From contig NC_042999.1 of NCBI RefSeq assembly GCF_006345805.1, forward strand, positions 172,236,001-172,300,000: a DNA stretch of 64,000 nucleotides. Direction: 5' to 3'. Positions 15,473-28,510 of the stretch are shown here, in pieces. The position numbers and the translations under genes were made by a program. Below the pieces are notes generated by a model. It had not been told where the DNA came from. It did not search any database and worked only from the letters and a program-made list of their open reading frames with translations. How positions within the stretch are numbered: position 1 is the stretch's first letter; each line of letters starts with the position of its first letter. This stretch comes from Octopus sinensis (Eukaryota).

Positions 15473-15485
15473 CAGATAGATAGAC

Positions 15486-15519
<34 letters not shown>

Positions 15520-15520
15520 G

Positions 15521-15595
<75 letters not shown>

Positions 15596-15596
15596 G
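15414..15596. repeat. (GATA)n microsatellite
   Basis: Direct. Confidence 0.98.
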
Positions 15597-16110
15597 TATG
15601 TAGAAAGATACATTGTTTGATTCTGCGATGAATGACTCAAATTACAACTACTGAAGACTTTTATGTTTTTCACTATTGATAACCTGGACGTTCAAAATTT
15701 AAATCAATATTCCTATAATCATAAGTATATGTACTGTACATAAATTACTCCTCTTGAGACATTGATACTATTGAGCCTATTCATGCATACAATTAATCTG
15801 AGGACAGCCGTTGTTAAATTAGATTATGTCATATCTGGAAATGTGGCTGACAATTGAAGTGAGCCTCCAATCCCATTATGTCAAAATAATGTGAAAATCG
15901 TATGCTTTCAAAAAACATCCCCTGCCAAATTATAAAATCCGATTAGTGTAACATACAGAATCCTGTTTGAATCTTGAAATAATCTCTAAGGATAACTTGT
16001 GTCAGAAGCAAAGTTGTAGCTTAAATATCTCGACTCGCAGGTTAATTGTTTTTGATATTTTTTATTCTATGCCCTATCAATGTTGTCTTGAAACAGTCAC
16101 CGTGTTCAAT

Positions 16111-16164
<54 letters not shown>

Positions 16165-17197
16165 ACGCACATACACATATGTGTGTGTGCGTGCGTTTAC
16201 ACATAAATGAACACACGAGGTTTTTAAAAGTTACTACATCTGTTTCGGTAGCAACTTATTGATGTATTCGTAGATTACATCATCGGAACAATTAATCGCC
16301 ATCGCCTAGATTTGAAACACATAAAAAAATCAGACTAAAACCACCAAGATGACTCATTCTGTTACTCCAATGACGAGCAAGAGGTACCTTAAAACAGAAC
16401 GCTCGAATTTATGCAGAAAGTGTATAAGTAAACAAATACGATAAACAAGGTCATACTAATCCTACTTTTTAAGTTGTTAATTTATAATCTAGATTCGATG
16501 AGATTTAATAAAAGGCTTAATGATCGGAAGCTGCACTATCAAATGTTTTACAATTTATGAGATGAAAATTATATACTAAAAATAAATAAGTAGAATTGCT
16601 ATTATTTAGTGTAACAAATTACTCAGCCAAAACCTACAACTTAGATAACATACGCAAACATGTTAGGGGATATATATAAAATTAGGGAAAGCTGTTAGAA
16701 GTAGGTTAGTTGACATGTTTAAAGTATGCAAATGTGATTTCAATATTTATTGAGTACATTACCTGGATATTTGAAATTTTTCCGCAATTCGGCGTAGTAA
16801 CTGTATCGTTCATTTCTGTATGACAATACTTTCTGTGTGCTCCAGTTAGCATTGAATAGAATGTCTTTATATTCATCTTTCGATTCCCAATGTTTTTCCG
16901 TGATTGGCGAAAATTGAGCATTATTACGATTCGTGACGGAAAATAATGGTCGTGAAATCCGTGGGATTTACAAGAGGTTGGGTCTACGTGTGTAAAAGTA
17001 CTCATGCCAGTTATTACGTCACAGTATTTTTATTTAAGCATTCTTTTCTAAGCACACTGAGTACGCAGCACTTCCCAGCATCCTACTTATTAATAACACT
17101 TGATTCAAACGAACTTTGAAACTAGTTTTATATATGTGAGTGTGTATGTGTGTCTATCTGTCTGTATGTGTGTGCATGAATATATGTGTGCATATCG

Positions 17198-17243
<46 letters not shown>

Positions 17244-17269
17244 AATAAAATAATAATAACAACAAAACA

Positions 17270-17850
17270 TCACGAAAATTATTAACAATGAACAAGGAAC
17301 TACATCCCAATGGTGATGTTTCAATATTGTATGTAAGGAGAAAAGAAGGAGGACAGGGATTGCTGCGTGGTGAAGAGTGTGTAAGGGTTGAGGAGAATAG
17401 CCTGGCTTGGTTTGTCAAGGAGAGTAACGAAGAAATGATCGAAGCAGTAAAAATGCAATGAGCCTTAAATGTGAATGAAGCCGTCGATCCAATACAAATT
17501 AAGGAAGACCACAGAGAGCAGATGAAGAAAATTTGGCAGAACAAGAATATGCGCAATCAGTTCTTGAATAATAAAGATCATATTGTATGGAATAGAACCA
17601 GGCAATGGCTGTAGAAAGGAGACCTAAAAGGCCCACTAAGGAATTAGCGTGCAGCGTCCAAGGACAAACTCTCAGAACAAACTACTCCAAATATCACATT
17701 GATAAAGGCACTGACTCGCCACAGTGTAGAATATGCTATGAAAAGGGAGAAAGTATATTGTTAGGGAGAGCCGTAAGCTCGTACAACGCAAATACAAAAG
17801 GAGACACGACAATGTGGGCTGATATGGCAACTGGCTGTTGTGCGGTTGAG
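17270..17850 (+). mobile_element. R4/Dong-type (RLE) non-LTR retrotransposon relic, frameshifted
   Basis: Manual translation: RKLLTMNKELHPNGDVSILYVRRKEGGQGL (thumb motif), then QTLRTNYSKYHIDKGTDSPQCRICYEKGES (start of the CCHC knuckle). Preceded by (AAT)n at 17199-17262. Confidence 0.85.
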
Positions 17851-17862
17851 CAAAGTTGCTCT

Positions 17863-18240
17863 AGGAGTGGCTGTGTGGTAAGTAGCTTGCTTACGAACCA
17901 CATGGTTCCCGGTTCAGTCCCACTGCGTGGTACCTTGGGCAAGTGTCTTCTGCTATAGCCTCGGGCCAACCAAAGCGATGTGCGTGGAATTGGTAGACTT
18001 AAACTGAAAGAAGCCTGTCGCATATAAGTATATATATGTGTGTGTGTTTCTGTGTCTCTGTTCGTCCCCCACTCCAACATCGCTTAAGTACCGATGCTGG
18101 TGTGTTTGCCTCTCCGCAACGTAGCGGTTCGGCAAACGAGACCGATAGGATGAGAACTAGGCTTACAAAGAATAAGTCCTGCGGTCAATTTGCTCGGCTA
18201 TAGGCGGTGCTCCAGCATGGACTGAAACAATTAAAAGACT
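17863..18240 (+). mobile_element. SINE family A, full length
   Basis: ggagtggctgtgtggtaag (A box), ggttcagtccc (B box), ccttgggcaagtg (CORE-like start), tail ggcggtgctccagcatgg..ctgaaacaa. Confidence 0.9.
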
Positions 18241-19672
18241 AAATGAATAGAGTTAGATTTCCTCATTTGCGAGCATCGTAAAGCTTGTTACTGTTTAGTA
18301 TTTATAATATTACCCTTAGATGTAAAAATGTGGTAAAATTGTTCTATAGGTATTTTTGATTTCACTCTCGCAAGAACACACACACAGGTATAAATCGAGT
18401 ACATGTAAGTGTCTACACGTTGTGTTTATGTTGTGTTCGTGTGTCAGTTTATTGTGAGGGCGCAATTTCAGGCGGTTATGGTATATTTTCTTGAAATATC
18501 ATATTACTTTTTTCACTGATGTCTCACAAGTCAGTTTACAGTCAACCATCCACGCTTCCTCGCAGCAGCATCTCTGATAATATGAGACGCATGAGGTCAT
18601 TAACTTTTACTTCGTCTTCCCATAATTAACGAGAAGATAACTTTTCAAAGAATATGTTATTATCTGAGGAGAAATTTAAGAAATGCATTAAACTTCTTAC
18701 CAAAGATGAAGAGAGAGGTAGTGCAGATGAGTACGAAACACTTGACTATTTATTCAAATTTGTTAGTCAAATATCTTTTACTAGTAGATAGTATTAATTC
18801 ATTACGCCGAGAGAGTTGCCTGTTATATATCACAAAAATACATTCAATTATGCATACACACACATATACACATGTATATATGTATGTATATATGTATGAA
18901 ACTATATACGTGTATATGTGTATGTGCATATGCATATCTTTATATAAGTGTGCTAGTAAATTTGTTTCTGTGGGTTATTAACGAAAATGTGTGTGTCTTG
19001 TGTTCGGTGGGTGACCTTTAGCTATTAAAGATATATAGTGATAGTACGTTCTAATGAAATATATTTCCATTGTAAATGATATCCCTGCATGTTATTATTT
19101 TATCAATACATTACCTATCGCGGGCATCAGAATGTGAACTAGTTTGATTTATATCTTCCTTTGCTATTGACATCTGATTGCAAGTATTTAAGATTAAGAG
19201 CTGATAGAATTATTCATCATGTGATCACAGCGTCATATTTCATTCTATAATGCTCCTTCGGGAAATGTTTTCCATGTTTTACATTTTACACTATCTCGAA
19301 TAGATCACCTAGCTTTAACTTATATTCTCCAATCCTATTCACGTTTCTATTCATTTAGATTTTCTATCGTAAGCTATTTAAATGAAGAATCAAATATTTT
19401 ATGTTCCAACAATAACCACAGATTAATGTGTAAATTACATCTGAAAATTAAGTATCGCCAATTCATAATTTATGCGACATATAACAACAAGTGTCCATAG
19501 TGTAACAAATGCAAATATCTGCTTCTTTATATATTTGACTAACAAGCTAGAGGAAATTGCCCAAATAGTCATGGGTATGTATCACACTATTATTCAAGTA
19601 TTAAATGCTTACGTTGATACACTATCAATGCACACTTGATATGAGGCTTCCTGCCTTGAATTTTTATGCCAC

Positions 19673-19734
<62 letters not shown>

Positions 19735-19736
<2 letters not shown>

Positions 19737-20285
19737 TCTGGGCTTGTACTTTTCAATGAAGAATGTTTCCTTGTTTAGTCTAATTTGTGTTGATGATCCG
19801 ATAGCACATTGGTAACATGGAAAGGTTATAAATTGTGGTAGTCGTTGCTTTGCGCATTTCTCAATGTGCTCACTAAAAGGTTGCACGTCTGATCCCATGG
19901 GATCAGACGTGCAACAGAAATCAACATAGAAACTTTAAGAAAAGTTCAACACAACAACACACCTTCCCCGAAAATACTACCTTACATATCTACATACAAC
20001 CCCAGAAACAAAGAAGCCTTCACCATCATCACCCAGAATTTACCAATACTTCATAAGGACCCCAAATTAAAGGAAATTCTAAACATACACGAAATCATTA
20101 AAAGCTACAAATAACCGGTCTTTCTTCTAAATTATGTCATTATAAGAGAAAAATTTTTTTTTAATATTCTTCAAAAATTTTTTTAATATTCTTCAGACAT
20201 ATTGACGCAAATATATATTTTTTAACATTTAAGCCTTCTGTAGTTTTTTAACTTTTTACTATTTTCTATATATTCAACCTAGCTT

Positions 20286-20290
<5 letters not shown>
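19735..20290. mobile_element. Penelope-like element, rearranged (inverted GIY-YIG C-terminus + sense linker + pLTR piece)
   Basis: Minus 19735-19879: PFSEHIEKCAKQRLPQFITFPCYQ..RLNKETFFIEKYKPRL. Plus 19896-20112: HGIRRATEI..LPYISTYNPRNKEAFTIITQNLPILHKDPKLKEIL..IIKSYK. 20114-20288 matches the arms of the 43.6-44.5 kb hairpins. Confidence 0.8.
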
Positions 20291-20361
<71 letters not shown>

Positions 20362-20514
20362 ACCTTATTTTGAAATTTTATGGATAATACTTTACTATAT
20401 TCTGGTGTCTCAACTTAAGTACCATATTCACCTGAATCTCTCTCCCCCCCCTCTCTCTCTCTCTCTCTCTCTTTATATATGTATATATATATATATATAT
20501 ATAGTCTATACATC

Positions 20515-20760
20515 TCTACTCTGGGCACAAGGTCCGAAATTTTGGGGGATATGGCCTGTCAATTAGAGAACAAACAAGGACAGACAAACTGATTAAGTCG
20601 ATTACATTGACCCCAGTGCGTAACTGGTACTTAATTTATCGACCCCGAAAGAATGAAAGGCAAAGTCGACCTCGATGGAATTTGAACTCAGAACGTAAAG
20701 ACAGACGAAATACCGCCATGCATTTCGCTCGGCCTGCTAAATTTTCTGCCATTTTGCCGC
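20515..20760 (-). mobile_element. SINE family B with composite tail
   Basis: Reverse complement of the family B body; carries parts of both tail types. Confidence 0.85.
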
Positions 20761-21444
20761 TTTATACTATTAGAAATATTGAAAATAAAATTGAAATATA
20801 TTTAACGTATCAGCGCCTAATGAAGAGGAGTAAAACTTATGGAAGCACACTTTCACGTTGACACTCTACAACATCTTATTTTACTATTAGAAATAGACCT
20901 TAGTAAATATAGTAGTATATTTTCATGTTTCATACTTTTAAAAGGCTTAATAAAAAGAAAATAATTTAACATTCTGGGTCATGACTAATATTTAATTGTA
21001 TAAAGATATGACATCAAAATGAATTCAATAAAATGAGAATGATTATATTTTTACAAATCATGCTGAAATATGCATATGGCATCTTATAAATAGCACGGAA
21101 AAGTGCATAAGCATTTATAAAAATTAAGTTGTAATGTCTGTATTGAATTATATATAAGTGTTTTGATTCTTCTGCTCATACAGAGATAGGAAAGGAAACG
21201 CTATATGGCAGCAAATTGAAAATTGTCATTGTAAATACATGTTGGCATTGCAATTTGTTTAAATCTCAAGTGCCAAGCGCTCAGCATCTAAACACCCAGA
21301 GTTAACTATTACAAATACATAGATTGAAAATATTCTCAGTCTAGCTGCGTTATATTGGTATACACTCTATTTTAGTTACAAAAGATAGTCGGGCAAGCAG
21401 ACAGACAATCAAACATATATATACATGTATATATACAAAAATTA

Positions 21445-21790
21445 AGAGGAATGACAACCAAAGTGGACTCCTAATATGGTCAAGATAGACGTCAAATCAC
21501 CTTACCACGAAGAGTGTGTTCTCAAGAAAAAATTCAGCAAAATGCCAGAATGTATAATGAGCAAGACAAATGAAAATATACGAAATAAAAAATGATTACC
21601 TATTACCAACGTACCAATGATTTCACTTGTTAATACTTACGAATATAAATATCTGCAAGCTCATCAGCATAGTCTGTCGCTTACAAAACACAATTCCCAG
21701 AATTAGACACAGAACGCATGTATAAAGTTCCGCCAATTATATTTGGGGGTATTTTTCAAATGTCTTCATTTTGGCGCGCTGAGGCCGGAA
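21445..21790. mobile_element. Diverged relative of the MITE at 39511-39942
   Basis: gttctcaagaaaaaattcagcaaaatgccagaatgta..aagacaaatgaaaatatac matches 39586-39648. Confidence 0.65.
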
Positions 21791-22960
21791 GTAACTCTGC
21801 AGTTAATAAATTTTTGCAGCTACTTTAATACTTAGAGAACATTGTTATATATGTGTGTACAAACATTCATTCCCAAGTATGTTTGCTTTCTTAACATGTA
21901 TCATATATGCTACGCATTACTCAAAATATCTAAGTGCACATATACCAAATGGTACAATTTTCTGTTTGCAATGCACACAAATCATTCTGACACAAGTACG
22001 TTGATCGTAGTCGTGTTATTTCAGAAAATTGGAAATTGTCCTTGTTAACTATTTTTCTTGTTAATTTCCAGTACAGTAACTTTTAACATGTATCAATATA
22101 CCCAATAATTTCAATTTATATATGCCACCGATGTAACAACTGTTTCACAAATCATCGGCAATCGTTATACCGCCGTCCTATAGGTAAAAGAAAAGGATAA
22201 GCTATTGAATTTATATACGATAATTGACGACTGGTGAGTTCGGAGTCTTTATTAGTCAAGTGTATTGACAAGTATTTTCAGTTGCACAATGACACCGTAG
22301 TTGCTACATTGTACGTTCTTCCGTTATCGACGTGTGCATGAATATGAGCACGCGTATGGTTATGAACAATTGCTGTAGCAATAATGTGTACACTTCTGGG
22401 AATGACGTATGAGACTACAATTATGTATGTGTGCATACAATTACTGTTAGCATACATACACATACAAACCTACAAGTACACAAACATATATACACACACA
22501 TATTTGCAAATATATAGTAAATATGTTTTGCTTCTACGCCAAACTTACAGTGGAATAATGTTCAGGGTTCATACTCCACAAGACCAAAGGAGCACAAAGA
22601 AAGGCGGAGACCGATATTTCGCCAATATTGTGGCTCATCAATGCCATGTACTCAGAATAATTGGACTCTCTTGCCTGGGACGTATATGCAAATAGAGTTA
22701 AGTCTCTTTGCTGGCGTGCTGCGGCGTAGCACATGTGAACGTTTTCTATCAGCGTCAATTATTCCGATGTGAGTTGTTTCGCTTGGTCTGTGACAGTCAG
22801 CGTCGTGCGGAGAACTTTACATAGTCGTTACCCCACAACAAAGTTAGTGCATCAATACAGCGCACACATTATGTATATACGAGAGATAATGTTTACATTA
22901 GTTGACTTCCGTTTAATTCCTAACACACACACGCATACACAAACATACACAGATATATAC

Positions 22961-22996
<36 letters not shown>

Positions 22997-23209
22997 AGTA
23001 CAGTGAAAGAGGGGGAAAGAGAGATATAGGTTTAATTCATGAGGAATTATTAAGAGGAATGAATGACCAATGTGGGCTCAACTTGGTTTTTGTGTATATG
23101 TATGTTCCTATCTCTGTTTTTCTTCACACACACACACACACAATATATATATATATATATATGTGTGTGTGTATACACATATTTATACCTATATATACAT
23201 ATATGTATG

Positions 23210-23279
<70 letters not shown>

Positions 23280-23280
23280 G

Positions 23281-24645
23281 ATATGATGTGTGTGTATGTA
23301 TGTATGTATATTAGGAAAAACTCATGTCACCCACAAGTTATGTTTGTTATCTCATTATCGTATGTATGTGAGTTTTAAAATTAGAAATGCTCGGTACATA
23401 ACATTGTACAGGTAGGTATCTGAAAGCTCGTAGCTCGCGACTGAAATGAATACCAGGGGATGACTATTTGCATATGATTCCTTACGTCTATATCGGAGAC
23501 TAAAACAAATAACCAGATCTCTATCATATTGACGACTTTCGAAGTATAAGCACACGTGTGCACGCAGCCCAGAAAATATTTTATGGGTCAGGGCCTTGTT
23601 CGTCTGGATTTTCCTACGTGCACTCAAATGGTTATGCTCATGACCCTGTAAACACATCAGCAGAACAAACGATTCGTGTAGCAAACGAATGTAAAAACTA
23701 AAAGTGCTATTTATCTCAACAATAGTTTTCAGTACTCGTTCGATGCTCCAGATTAAATGCGTTTGTGTGTGAGTATATATGTATAAAAATATATATATAT
23801 AAACATAAATATCAATGTATGTATAATATGTGTGTGCATGTGTGTGTGTGTATGTGTGTGTGTATATATGTATGTATATATGTGTGTATATATGTATGTA
23901 TATGTATATATATACATATATATATATATATGCATATATATATATATATGCATATATATATATATGAATATGATGTGTGTGTATGTATGTATGTATATTA
24001 GGAAAAACAAGTTATGTTTGTTATCTCATTATCGTATGTATGTGAGTTTTAAAATTAGAAATGCTCGGTACAAACATTGTACAGGTAGGTATCTGAAAGC
24101 TCGTAGCTCGCGACCGAAATGAATACCAGGGGATGACTATTGCATATGATTCCTTACGTCTATATCGGAGACTAAAACAAATAACCAGATCTCTATCATA
24201 TTGACGACTTTCGAAGTATAAGCACACGTGTGCACGCAGCCCAGAAAAATATTTATGGGTCAGGGCCTTGTTCGTCTGGATTTTCCTACGTGCACTCAAA
24301 TGCTTATGCTCATGACCCTGTAAACACATCAGCAGAACAAACGATTCGTGTAGCAAACGAATGTAAAAACTAAAAGTGCTATTTATCTCAACAATAGTTT
24401 TCAGTACTCGTTCGATGCTCCAGATTAAATGCGTTTGTGTGTGAGTATATATGTATAAAAATATATATATATAAACATAAATATCAATGTATGTATATAT
24501 ATGTGTGTGCATGTGTGTGTGTGTATGTGTGTGTGTATATATGTATGTATATATGTGTGTATATATGTATGTATATGTATATATATATACATATATATAT
24601 ATATATGCATATATATATATATATGCATATATATATATATGAATA
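23281..24645. repeat. Near-identical tandem duplication (23281-23967 and 23968-24645)
   Basis: Direct comparison. Copies differ by a 13-bp indel (tcatgtcacccac) and a few single-base changes or indels. Confidence 0.95.
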
Positions 24646-24897
24646 AATATACGTATATATATATATGTATATATATTTATGTATATGTATGTATATATAT
24701 ATATTTGCATGTATGTATGTATACAGATGTCCATAGATATATTATGTATATATATATATATTATATATATATTATATACGTCAGAGCCTATTTATTCTGC
24801 ATATGTACACACACACTCACATATATGAGTATGCTTATATATGCATATATATATATATGTATGTATATATATATATAATTTATATATATATATATAT

Positions 24898-24928
<31 letters not shown>

Positions 24929-25397
24929 ATGTGTTTCTCTGTGTGTGTGTGTGTGGTGCGCGCGCGCGAGTGTACACGTTCTCATAGTTCTGTAGTGGTC
25001 CTCAATGTTTTTTGCATCGATTTTTTCATTAGCCATGTTTGCACCTAGATCAATTTCTCATTCAACGTTCTTTTCTTCAATATTGGATATCACTCATTCT
25101 ATTTCCTTCTGCAGTGGACAAAACAGGAAACATGTCATTTGTTCTCGGATCTCGGTTCCGCAGCTTTATTGATGAGAATATTTACTTTCCATCTCTATTG
25201 CATAGAAGGGAATAAATCATGTCCATAACTAAAGTACTGCATTTGCGTAACAAAAGCAAAAATTCCACATCAATGCTGTTAACACTATATATTATACATA
25301 ATTCTTAACATAGCCACTGAAATACTAAATTTCTAAGAATAATTCAGAAATATTTCAGGCATAATTCTAATTTACTACCACGCTCAGGAACTCAGTT

Positions 25398-25435
<38 letters not shown>

Positions 25436-25643
25436 GCACAAACACACACACAAACACACACACAAACATACACATACACACTCCCATAAAAATATACACT
25501 CTCTGTCTCTTTTGCTATCTCGCAACACATTTTCCGCGAATACTACTATATATTTATATACACACTTCACTCATGCACACACGCACAAACACATACATGT
25601 GAGTGTATATATATATATTATATATATACACATAAACATGTGT

Positions 25644-25729
<86 letters not shown>

Positions 25730-26929
25730 ATGTATATATATAAATACATATATATAGATATCTATATGTTCATACAATGCACAAATACAGACATAATTAT
25801 ATATAGAGAGAGAAACATACATCCCACATCCGTTGTGTAGCATAAATATCTTTACACTTTTATTCAATCCATATAGGAATTACGTTATATTATATTATAT
25901 ATAATATTATATGAATCAATTCCAGTTTTTATTCATGCTGCGTTATGCACAAATATTTATTGTGGAAATAATGACGAGTCGACACACGCATGAATATGCA
26001 TATTTGATTATCCCCAAGACTAATTCCTGATTGCCAAATACGCAGTTGATATATATTATTGATTGGAGAAAGAACATAGGTTCCTTTTCCCAACAGAATA
26101 ATCGACAAACCCCGTGAGACAGTCACTCAGGTAAAAACGGTTTCTCTTCTTGGACATATGTATAGAATGTTAAGTGCGTGCTTATACTGATCTTCAACTC
26201 AAAGTGAGGCTTAAAATATTTAAATTTGTTTCGGTTATTTTCATTTGTTCTGGTTTGTGCACAAATATATGACGAGCTGGCAAATCGCCGATATGCAAAT
26301 TAGGCTACCTAAAACTGTACTTGTCTAATTTTTGGTATAGTTCAATAAGGGTAGCAGATAGCTGATATTGCAGGAGGCAAAACGAAAATATAAAAGAAAT
26401 ATGAATAGAAAGGGAAGAGGGAGTTAGAGAAAGCGGAGAAAGCGAAGGAAAAGAAGAAATTTTAAAAGTTATATTGTAACTGGCGTGGTAGGTATAATTA
26501 GAACAAAACTAGAGGATAATATGTATTATATTTTTGTGGGTAGTTCTTTGAAGCAGAGATGTAAACAAATGTATGATTTGATATGTATTTATGGGGTAAG
26601 AGCCATTCCTTAATAAACAGTGGAGACATTCTTACAATTAAAAGAAGGAACGCTATACAATTTGGAAGCTATATTTTCTTTAAAATGTAATTCAATTTAA
26701 TTGATTTCTACATAGATGTAATCCTCATTTGACTTTTTCTTTTCTGTTAGGAAAACAATAGAGGAAAACAAACACTAGTGTACAAACATACGCGTAGCTA
26801 TCAAGTGTATCTATCAATCTATCTATCTATGCATATGCATACATATATATGGGTATATGTAGGTCTCCTAAGGGAGTGCCACTTGGACTGTGTCTGTAAC
26901 GTAACTAGAACACTAGGTATTGTTGTGTA

Positions 26930-27342
26930 GTAAGAAGCTCGCAGAAACATCAACACGCCGGGCGAAATGTTTGGCGGTATTTCGTCTGCCGTTACGTTCT
27001 GAGTTCAAATTCTGCCGAGGTCGACTTTGCCTTTCATTCTTTCGAGGTCGATAAATTAAGTACCAGTTATTCACTGGGGTCGATGTAATCGACTTAATCC
27101 GTTTGTCTGTCTTGTTTTCCCTCTCTATGTTTAGCCCCTTGTGGGTAGTAAAGAAATAGGTATTTTGTCTGCCGCTACGTTCTGTGTTCAAATTCCGCCG
27201 AGGTCGACTTTGCCTTTCATCCTTTCGGGGTCGATTAAATAAGTACCAGTTACGCACTGGGGTCGATTTAATCGACTTAAATCGTATGTCTATACTTGTT
27301 TGTCCCCTCTATGCTTAGCTCCTTGTGGGCAATAAAGAAATA
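26930..27342 (+). mobile_element. SINE family B variant, head plus two tandem ~183-bp body units
   Basis: Units 26976-27158 and 27159-27342, each ggtatt.....aaagaaata. Confidence 0.9.
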
Positions 27343-27480
27343 AGAAGTTTGCTCCCCACCACATAGTTCCGGATGCAGTCCCACTGCGAGGCACTGTAAG
27401 TGTCATCTGTCGTAGCCTCAGGCCAACCAAATCCTTGTGAGTTAGTTTGGTAGACAGAAACTGAAAAGAAGCCCGACATG
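27343..27480 (+). mobile_element. SINE family A, 5' half
   Basis: gtcccactgcg..tagcctcaggccaaccaaa..gaaactgaaaagaagccc. Confidence 0.8.
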
Positions 27481-27547
27481 TATATCTATATTTATCTATC
27501 TATCTCTTCTATCTATCTTTCTATATATATACATACATACATATATA

Positions 27548-27591
<44 letters not shown>

Positions 27592-27914
27592 AGCAAATAG
27601 AATATATTTAACGAAATACATCTTACATCACTTGAGGAGACGCATCTCCACCAAGGTATGTAGGTGCGTCGATGCATGGTGCGTCGAAACGATCGCTGTG
27701 AACAATAGGTCGTATATTCCATTTTCCCTTTCTATCATTTATTATATATTCAACGTACACTGAGTAATTCCTTAAAGAAATCCAATGAAAAATGTGTAAA
27801 TACCGTGTAGATTATGTCAGATAGCCATACAAAGTGAACGTGCTTCATGGGCTTACTACTAGTAACATACCCAACACTTAAATATTTACCAGAAAACATT
27901 CCCAAACCGGAAAA

Positions 27915-28075
27915 TATTCACAAAGGCAAATATGAACTGCAAATGCAGAATTATAATTTATGCATCAAATGCTGGAATTGGGAAGAACTATATGTGGGTC
28001 AGACAGGAAAAGCACTATCATAACTTTCACGTATCCACAGACAGAAAATTAGAGACTCAGAAGTGCCCCAGCTTG
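27915..28075 (+). mobile_element. Penelope GIY-YIG endonuclease fragment
   Basis: Frameshifted MNCKCRIIIY / IKCWNWEELYVGQTGKAL..IHRQKIRD, fitting the NxIYxIxCxxCxxxYVGQT pattern. Confidence 0.7.
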
Positions 28076-28334
28076 CCCCTAATCCAATGACTGAAACAAG
28101 TAAAATATAAAAGATGAACTTTTTATATCAACTTCATTTCTTAACCCATTTCAAGATCAATGCGTAATTTTAATACAATTGTCATTTCGCTTCTGTGAAA
28201 AGATGTGCCCACATATTGTACAATATGTTACTTTCATGAGGTAGTAAATATTATATTTATTATTGGAAATAATGATAAAGATGACACTATTCATCCTGAT
28301 GATATTATTCTTTGTAATAATAGTAATCTTTTCT

Positions 28335-28510
28335 ACTATAGAAACAAGGCGTGGCATTTTTATGGAGAGGACAAGTCGAGTACATCGATAATTGTGCTTA
28401 ACTGGTACTTAATTCAATGACTCCGAATGGATAAAAGACAACTGCAACGTCGGTCGAATTTATCGTCAGGACTTAAAGACGTAAGACGTGCTACTAAGTA
28501 TTTTGACCGC
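28335..28510 (-). mobile_element. SINE family B, degenerate
   Basis: actggtacttaatt..gactccgaa motif. Confidence 0.65.

Noticed and set aside
26976-27342. CRISPR-like or other regularly spaced array
   Set aside because: It is a SINE-derived direct repeat without unique spacers, in a eukaryotic context.
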